A stretch of 64,000 bases of DNA from Oceanispirochaeta sp. (lineage in GTDB: Bacteria > Spirochaetota > Spirochaetia > DSM-2461). A program made the position numbers and the translations under genes. The stretch covers positions 928,001 to 992,000 of the forward strand of contig CAXXXD010000002.1 in NCBI GenBank assembly GCA_963663385.2, given 5' to 3'. Position 1 is the first letter of the stretch; the number at the start of each line of letters is the position of its first letter. Under the pieces are notes generated by a model. The model ran no database searches. It was given only the letters and a program-made list of their open reading frames with translations, and was not told where the DNA came from. Below are positions 58,471 to 64,000 of the stretch, piece after piece.

Positions 58471-58899
58471 ATGAAAACAATATTTGTTAAACCAAATGAA
58501 GTAGAGCGTAAGTGGTACGTTATTGATGCGGCTGGTCAGTCTCTCGGACGTGTTGCAGTAAAAGCGGCTACTATACTTCGCGGAAAGAATAAAGCTCTTT
58601 ACACACCTCACCAGGAAGTTGGTGACTATGTTATTATCGTGAATGCAAAAAATGCAGTTATGACCGGTAATAAGAGAAACGACAAGATGTACTACCGTCA
58701 CTCCGGTTTCCTGGGTGGAATGAAATCAGAGAACTATGAAAAGCTGGTTGCCAGAAAACCTACTGCTCCCATGGAAAAGGCTGTAAAGGGAATGCTTCCC
58801 CGCGGTCCCCTCGGGAACAAGCTGTTTTCCAACGTAAAGATCTACGCCGGTGCGGAACATCCTCATACGGCTCAGCAGCCCGAAAAGATTGAGATGTAA
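58471..58899 (+). CDS. rplM: 50S ribosomal protein L13
   Basis: [38 protein letters not shown]. Confidence 0.98.
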   Translation: MKTIFVKPNEVERKWYVIDAAGQSLGRVAVKAATILRGKNKALYTPHQEVGDYVIIVNAKNAVMTGNKRNDKMYYRHSGFLGGMKSENYEKLVARKPTAPMEKAVKGMLPRGPLGNKLFSNVKIYAGAEHPHTAQQPEKIEM

Positions 58900-58916
58900 G
58901 GAACAGGAGAGATACA

Positions 58917-59309
58917 GTGATTAAAAATCTTGCACATGGAACAGGAAGAAGAAAAACCGCCACTGCTCGTGTTTATCTGAGACAGGGAAAAGGTGAAATC
59001 AAAGTGAATGGCAAAGCCATTGCAGATTTTTTCCCTATTGAGCAGCAGGTTACCATGATTCGTCAGCCCCTGGTTGTGACTGACAATGATGAAAAATACG
59101 ATGTCCTAATTAATGTAAAAGGCGGTGGAATTACCGGTCAGGCTGGTGCCTGTCGTCATGGTATTTCCAGAGCTCTTGTTGATCTGGATGAAGCCAACAG
59201 ACCTTCTCTGAAGGCTAACGGATTCCTGACAAGGGATTCCAGAATGGTAGAGAGAAAGAAATATGGACAGAGAGGAGCTCGTAGAAAGTTCCAGTTCTCA
59301 AAACGTTAA
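58917..59309 (+). CDS. rpsI: 30S ribosomal protein S9
   Basis: [43 protein letters not shown]. Confidence 0.98.
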   Translation: MIKNLAHGTGRRKTATARVYLRQGKGEIKVNGKAIADFFPIEQQVTMIRQPLVVTDNDEKYDVLINVKGGGITGQAGACRHGISRALVDLDEANRPSLKANGFLTRDSRMVERKKYGQRGARRKFQFSKR

Positions 59310-59916
59310 TCTTTTTATCGCAGACCTGCGAAATAGAGGAACCAGAAAGGAGACCGTTTCGGTCTCTCTTTCAGAGGGTTCCTCTTTTTTTATACCCTCA
59401 GCCTGGGCCGAACGGTTTGGAGAGGGGGTGCAGCTGGGAGAGAGAGACCTTGAGGAAATACGGAAAGCGGATGAATATATCCGCTGCAGGGAGTGGGCAG
59501 CTGCTTTTCTGGCATCCCGGGAGGAATCTTCCGGGCGGCTGCTTCAGAAAATGATCAAGCGCGGTTACAGCCGGGATACCGGGCGGGAAGTCATTCAGGA
59601 ACTTCAGCAGCTGGGATTTCAGGATGATGCCCGGTTTGCAGAGCAGTGGCTGCGGGGGCGTATGGAATCTCATCCTGAAAGCAGACAATATCTGGAGGCC
59701 CGGCTCCTTCAGCGGGGAGTCAGCAGCTGTATTGCCAGTGAATCTGTTTCTCAAATGGTAGGCCAGGAGGAGGAGCTTCTCATGCTTCGCCGTTTGATAG
59801 AGAAGTGGATTCCCGATCCCTCTGAGGCGGATGAGAAGCAGATACGCAGAATTATGAACAGGGGTTTTTCATACAGTTACATAAAAAGAAATTTATTCAA
59901 TGACAATGAATACTGA
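59263..59916 (+). CDS. recX: Regulatory protein RecX (long form); start overlaps rpsI
   Basis: A..FLA.RE.S...L..K...RGY, GFQDD.RFA..W, L..RL.QRGV, RGFSY. Confidence 0.85.
   Translation: MDREELVESSSSQNVNLFIADLRNRGTRKETVSVSLSEGSSFFIPSAWAERFGEGVQLGERDLEEIRKADEYIRCREWAAAFLASREESSGRLLQKMIKRGYSRDTGREVIQELQQLGFQDDARFAEQWLRGRMESHPESRQYLEARLLQRGVSSCIASESVSQMVGQEEELLMLRRLIEKWIPDPSEADEKQIRRIMNRGFSYSYIKRNLFNDNEY
59335..59391 (+). terminator. Rho-independent terminator of rplM-rpsI, inside the recX reading frame
   Basis: AGAGGAACC...GAAAGGAGACCG-TTT-CGGTCTCTCTTTC...GGTTCCTCT followed by a T run. Confidence 0.8.
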
Positions 59917-59962
59917 TTCGCTGTATAATATTTCTGAATCTTCTATCTGAAAGGAATGATTG

Positions 59963-60346
59963 ATGAGTGATGAAAAAGCGGTACTCCTGGTCGAAGACGA
60001 AGATGCTATCCGGTTGACTTTACGGGATTACCTTTTGAAAAAAGGGTATGCAGTCTTTGTGGCTTCCGATGGTGTCGGTGCTATCAAACAGCTTCTGGAT
60101 AATCCTCATATCAAAGTGATTGTCAGCGATTACCGCATGGAAATCCTCGGCGGCGATTACTGGATCAAATTCCTTAATCATTACTGTTCCGACAAGGAGG
60201 TTATTGTTACAAGCGGCTTCCTTCGTCCTGAATTTCCTGTCCCTTATGAGGTTTTTTATAAACCCTATGATTATGCGGATCTGGAATCCGCTCTTGCTGG
60301 CGTCTTTGATAAGATGAATGGAGTTGCAGAACCTTCTGATGGTTGA
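59963..60346 (+). CDS. Single-domain response regulator
   Basis: LLVEDE, VSDY.M, VTSG, KPY. Confidence 0.85.
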   Translation: MSDEKAVLLVEDEDAIRLTLRDYLLKKGYAVFVASDGVGAIKQLLDNPHIKVIVSDYRMEILGGDYWIKFLNHYCSDKEVIVTSGFLRPEFPVPYEVFYKPYDYADLESALAGVFDKMNGVAEPSDG

Positions 60347-60614
60347 AGCCTGGCATGTAACCGTTACCGGGCGGGTCCAGGGAGTGGGATTCCGTTTTTC
60401 TACTTTCCGGCAAGCAAAATTGACTGGCGTGAACGGTTGGGTGCGCAATGCATTCGACGGTTCGGTTGAGGTTTTTGTTCAGGGGGAAAATCTGCCGGTA
60501 GCCCGGTTTCTGCAATGGCTCTCACAGGGGCCGCCCCTGTCTCATGTGACAGGTCTGGTAAAAATGCCTGCGGCTGTTGATGAAAACTGCCGGGACTTTG
60601 AAATAACCTTTTAA
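60339..60614 (+). CDS. acyP: Acylphosphatase
   Basis: GRVQGVGFR, GWVRN..DGSVE, GPP...V. Confidence 0.93.
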   Translation: MVEAWHVTVTGRVQGVGFRFSTFRQAKLTGVNGWVRNAFDGSVEVFVQGENLPVARFLQWLSQGPPLSHVTGLVKMPAAVDENCRDFEITF

Positions 60615-60676
60615 TATTCTATGTGATTAAGATATTCTCCTTTTATACTATATAGTAACTTTTCTTTCAGGAAGGG

Positions 60677-61675
60677 ATGTATATGCATCGATACAGGAAG
60701 ATATTTATTCTGGGTTCCGGTTTTTCAAAGGCGGTATCCTCCAATATGCCGACTATCAAGGATTTGAAGAAGAGGTTGATCTCCCTCGATCCTTCCGAAG
60801 CGAACTTCGGCGAGCTGGTACGGTACATACAAAACCTGACAGATCTGTCCAATAATGATCCGGCTTTGACAAGTTTTGAATCAATCTGTCATCTGATCCT
60901 TTCCAAACCTTTTTATTTTAACAGTGATGAAGAGCTTCGGTATTATATTCTAAGGACTCAACTGCTCCGCTGGATTCATTCCAGGATCGAGAACGAAGAG
61001 CCGACTATTGACCGGAAGTACCGCTCTGATGTTATCGATTTTCTGGAATACAGCAGTTGTAGCTGTTCTCCGGCAGTACAGGAGGGAGAAAGCCTTGTTA
61101 TTACTTTTAATTATGACCTTCTACTGGAACGGCTTTTAAAGAACAACAAAAACCGTGTCTGTCGCATGAATCACTCAGTACGGTTAAATACCTACCGCGA
61201 TATGGTCCGGGATGAAGGACGTTCCTCTTCTGATCTGGTGTTTGAGTATTTAAAACTTCACGGATCTTTTGACTGGTATCTGGCTCCTTCTTCAGACAGT
61301 ATCAATATAAGCAATACATATCATGTAGAGTTCGATGATCATAACAGGGAGCTTATTCATAAGGGAGATATACCCGTATTTGTTCCCATGTCATTCAGTA
61401 AGACCAAGTACCTGAAGGGCTCTCTTTTTAATATCCTCTGGAATAAAGCTGTTTCCTATATGGACGCGGCTGAGCAGATTCATTTTATCGGATACGGTTT
61501 TCCCGCTTCGGATAATGACTATCTGGAGCTTTTTTTAAAGTATAAGCAGAAGGTCCGGGATATTGTCCTTTTTGATAAACCCTCTCAGAAAAGGGCGGAA
61601 AGAATCTTTGAGAATGCCCGGGTGATGCATATGCATGCCGGGGAGTATCTTAAGCAGAAGATGTACAGGATATAG
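60677..61675 (+). CDS. SIR2-like domain protein (SIR2_2 type)
   Basis: FILGSGFS....MPT, ITFNYDLLLE, LKLHGS.DW, FIGYGF..SD. Confidence 0.8.
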   Translation: MYMHRYRKIFILGSGFSKAVSSNMPTIKDLKKRLISLDPSEANFGELVRYIQNLTDLSNNDPALTSFESICHLILSKPFYFNSDEELRYYILRTQLLRWIHSRIENEEPTIDRKYRSDVIDFLEYSSCSCSPAVQEGESLVITFNYDLLLERLLKNNKNRVCRMNHSVRLNTYRDMVRDEGRSSSDLVFEYLKLHGSFDWYLAPSSDSINISNTYHVEFDDHNRELIHKGDIPVFVPMSFSKTKYLKGSLFNILWNKAVSYMDAAEQIHFIGYGFPASDNDYLELFLKYKQKVRDIVLFDKPSQKRAERIFENARVMHMHAGEYLKQKMYRI

Positions 61676-61873
61676 ATGCTGATACGGACACGTTTAGTCA
61701 GGTGCACAATATCTGTCAGGATAGACAATTAACTTGACAAATGAGACATTTAATCGCAATGTGGATTCAATAGCAGGATGGTCTGATTTTGATATCCCTT
61801 TTTAACTATAAAATTAGAGAATTATGTTTCGAAATATCCCTATTTATTATAGCAGAAAACAAGTATTTGTTTA

Positions 61874-62872
61874 CTATCTTTTTACAAGCATAGTGGGGAT
61901 TCTTGTTTCTGTATATGGCATATCATCACTATCTAAACGACTCAATAATACTTCTGCTACTGCTTTTCCGATTTGCTGCCAATCCTGATCAACAGAGCAA
62001 ATTGATGTATATGCCAGAGACAACCAAAACGCATCATCAAAACAAACCACATCAACATCCCTTGGGACTTGAATATTATGCTCTTTTAAATAGCAAATGA
62101 CTCCGATTGAAGCTATATCATTACCACAAAAGAGAGCGGTGACTTTTTCTTCTTCAACCAGATATTTTGCTGCATTATAGCATTCCCCGTGTTTCAAAGT
62201 ACTAAGAGGCATGCTGTGCTCTTTTCCGAATTTAATTAGATTGTTATCCGGCTTCAAACCATGCTGTATTAAGGCTGAACGATATCCTTCACAGCGTTCG
62301 TTCATCGTACCGTCAATATGGGAGCCTACAAAACCTATTCGTTTATGTCCTTTGTTCAATAAGATTTCTGTGCCATCAGATGAACCTTCAGAATTGGTAG
62401 ACATAATGAAATCTCGATTATAACCTAAAGGTTTCCTGTCTAAAAAGACGCAAGGGCATTTATCTCCAATTACCTGATTCATATAGCTACAATCAGTGTC
62501 CACCGGAGCAATAATCAATCCGTCGACACTTTGCATTACCAATTTCTTAATATTCTCCTGCTCTTTCTGCTTATTTTCATCAGACGTCAGATAAATGAGT
62601 TGGTACCCTTTTTCTGAAAGTATTTCATCAATGATTAAACCAATATCAAGAAAGAAATTTGATAAATTGGCAATAACATACCCAATCATCTTTGAACTGC
62701 CACTACGAAGATTTCTAGCGACAGGGTTTAACTCGTAATTAAGTTTCTCTATTGCATCTCTGACTTTTTTTTCTGTTTCCGGATTTACCTTCCTCGTTTT
62801 ATTGATAACATGAGAAACAGTTGAAGTGGATACTTTTGCCAGCGATGCAACATCCTTTATAGAATAGCCCAT
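61874..62872 (-). CDS. LacI-family regulator (PurR/RbsR-like)
   Basis: IKDVASLAKVSTSTVSHVINKTR.V, hinge YELNPVARNL, VP.DV.VVCFDD; GGAGG SD. Confidence 0.95.
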   Translation of the reverse strand: MGYSIKDVASLAKVSTSTVSHVINKTRKVNPETEKKVRDAIEKLNYELNPVARNLRSGSSKMIGYVIANLSNFFLDIGLIIDEILSEKGYQLIYLTSDENKQKEQENIKKLVMQSVDGLIIAPVDTDCSYMNQVIGDKCPCVFLDRKPLGYNRDFIMSTNSEGSSDGTEILLNKGHKRIGFVGSHIDGTMNERCEGYRSALIQHGLKPDNNLIKFGKEHSMPLSTLKHGECYNAAKYLVEEEKVTALFCGNDIASIGVICYLKEHNIQVPRDVDVVCFDDAFWLSLAYTSICSVDQDWQQIGKAVAEVLLSRLDSDDMPYTETRIPTMLVKR

Positions 62873-62893
62873 AGCAAAACAACCTCCAAATCG

Positions 62894-62942
62894 ATACAAA
62901 CGTTTTCGTGTAAAGAATACTTAATCAAAATTGCATTGTCAA
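62894..62942 (-). promoter_or_regulatory. Promoter and operator of the LacI gene
   Basis: TTGACA-N17-TATTCT on the minus strand; ATACAAACGTTTTCGT operator (62894-62909). Confidence 0.65.
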
Positions 62943-63022
62943 TGTTGAAATTAGGCAAATTATCTCTATGTTTATATTGTAAAAAGAAATATTTACAAAT
63001 CATAGTTGTTATAAACTTTTTC

Positions 63023-63082
63023 TTGACAACATGAGGGAACCATTTTATTATTATCGAAACGATTGCGCAAACGTTTCGATAA
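63023..63082 (+). promoter_or_regulatory. sigma70 promoter with a 32-bp double LacI operator
   Basis: TTGACA-N17-TATTAT, then TTATCGAAACGATTGCGCAAACGTTTCGATAA. Confidence 0.8.
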
Positions 63083-63267
63083 GGTGTCGCCACGAAAAAA
63101 GGATATCAACACCCTCAGGCATAATAGGAGTTACATTCACGATCCCCAAAAAGGGGGGAGTGAATAAATGTTGTGAATAGTGGCACTTGTTGATTGAATT
63201 TTATATTTCTCTCTTTCGGGAGAATACTAAATGAAAATGGTTCTAAAATATCTGGAGGATTGAAGAG

Positions 63268-64000
63268 ATGAAAAAAATGATTTTGACGGTATTGTTGATA
63301 GCAGCAATGGGGTTGGGTGTTTTTGCAAACGGTCAGGCAGAAACCGCAGATGATGGTGTTATGAAAGTAGGGCTTACTCTACAGGATCTGACAAACCAGG
63401 TATGGGCATCCAGAGCTATGGCTGTTGAAGACATCATTAAAAAGAATGGTGGAGAGTTTACTTATGTAGGTTGTGAGTATAATGCAGCAACTCAGATCAG
63501 CCAGGTTGAAAATTTCATTGCAAGCGGTTGTGATATCGTAATGATCCACCCCGCAGAGAAAGCATCAATGGATTCAGCTCTGAAAGAATTTAAAGCTAAA
63601 AATCCGGATGTGAAGTTTTTTCTTTATGACGAAGAACTTGAGAATTCAGATATGAATTTTCTGGCTAATAACTATGACTGTGGATATATGATCGGTACCC
63701 AAGCTGCTAATTGGATTAATGAAAAGCTTGGTGGTACAGCGGAAGTCGGAGTTATTGGATGGCCTTCTATCGAAGTTCTACTTGAGAGAGAGAATGGTAT
63801 TAAGGATGCTATCAAGGATATTGCACCTAATGCAAAGATAGTTGCAAACGGTGCTGCTATAAACAATGTAGATGGTATGGCTCTGGCTGAGACTTTCTTG
63901 CAGGCTCATCCTGATATGCAGGTCATTGCATCAATAGGTGGGAGCTCTTGTGTAGGGGCAAATGAAGCTGTGAAAGCTGCTGGTAAACTGAACGATAAGT
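63268..64000 (+). CDS. Sugar ABC substrate-binding protein (RbsB family), truncated by the window edge
   Basis: Own translation: MKKMILTVLLIAAMGLGVFANGQAE...KVGLTLQDLTNQVW...QISQVENFIASGCD...ETFLQAHPD; GGAGG SD; absent from the ORF track because it has no stop in the window. Confidence 0.88.
   Translation, partial: MKKMILTVLLIAAMGLGVFANGQAETADDGVMKVGLTLQDLTNQVWASRAMAVEDIIKKNGGEFTYVGCEYNAATQISQVENFIASGCDIVMIHPAEKASMDSALKEFKAKNPDVKFFLYDEELENSDMNFLANNYDCGYMIGTQAANWINEKLGGTAEVGVIGWPSIEVLLERENGIKDAIKDIAPNAKIVANGAAINNVDGMALAETFLQAHPDMQVIASIGGSSCVGANEAVKAAGKLNDK

Noticed and set aside
63181..63196. TGGCAC as a second sigma54 promoter
   Set aside because: No GC at the -12 position (TGGCACTTGTTGATTG)
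1..64000. CRISPR arrays, tRNA/rRNA genes, IS elements, integrases, prophage genes
   Set aside because: No regularly spaced repeats, RNA gene signatures or transposase/integrase/phage motifs seen by eye; a tRNAscan, Infernal or ISEScan run would be needed to exclude small elements

Overview
A 64 kb chromosomal window, most likely from a free-living spirochaete (Spirochaetales; inferred from the archaeal/spirochaete-type pyrH, lolA-rodZ-rimO and rplM-rpsI-recX gene orders, and 'AxGQxE'-type signal peptides on binding proteins). In order: kdgK-eda with an IclR regulator; a probable outer-membrane protein; a sigma54 two-component locus whose soluble histidine kinase carries an N-terminal ABC-ATPase domain, divergent from a sigma54-promoter-driven sugar ABC operon containing a YhfX-like PLP enzyme; an AAA+/DUF4143 gene with palindromic operators; an AT-rich block (YesM/YesN-like system with an Fe3+/sugar-phosphate-type ABC transporter, then a LacI-controlled TAXI-TRAP transporter with an atypical DapA-family aldolase); recQ; a class-3 lipase; a two-component system with a MacAB-TolC-type exporter; a minus-strand signalling cluster (MCP, HD-GYP regulator, PocR/PAS hybrid kinase, orphan wHTH-like protein, REC-HK-REC kinase, STAS-like protein); GH4 with a LacI regulator; pflX-like radical SAM; pyrH; lolA-rodZ-rimO-uvrD; rplM-rpsI-recX; acyP; a stand-alone SIR2-like gene; and the start of another AT-rich LacI/sugar ABC locus. 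No rRNA, tRNA, CRISPR array or intact mobile element was seen. The best candidate for an undescribed system is the ABC-NBD-PAS-histidine kinase locus (4157-12466). All calls come from motif recognition by eye; no database searches were run.
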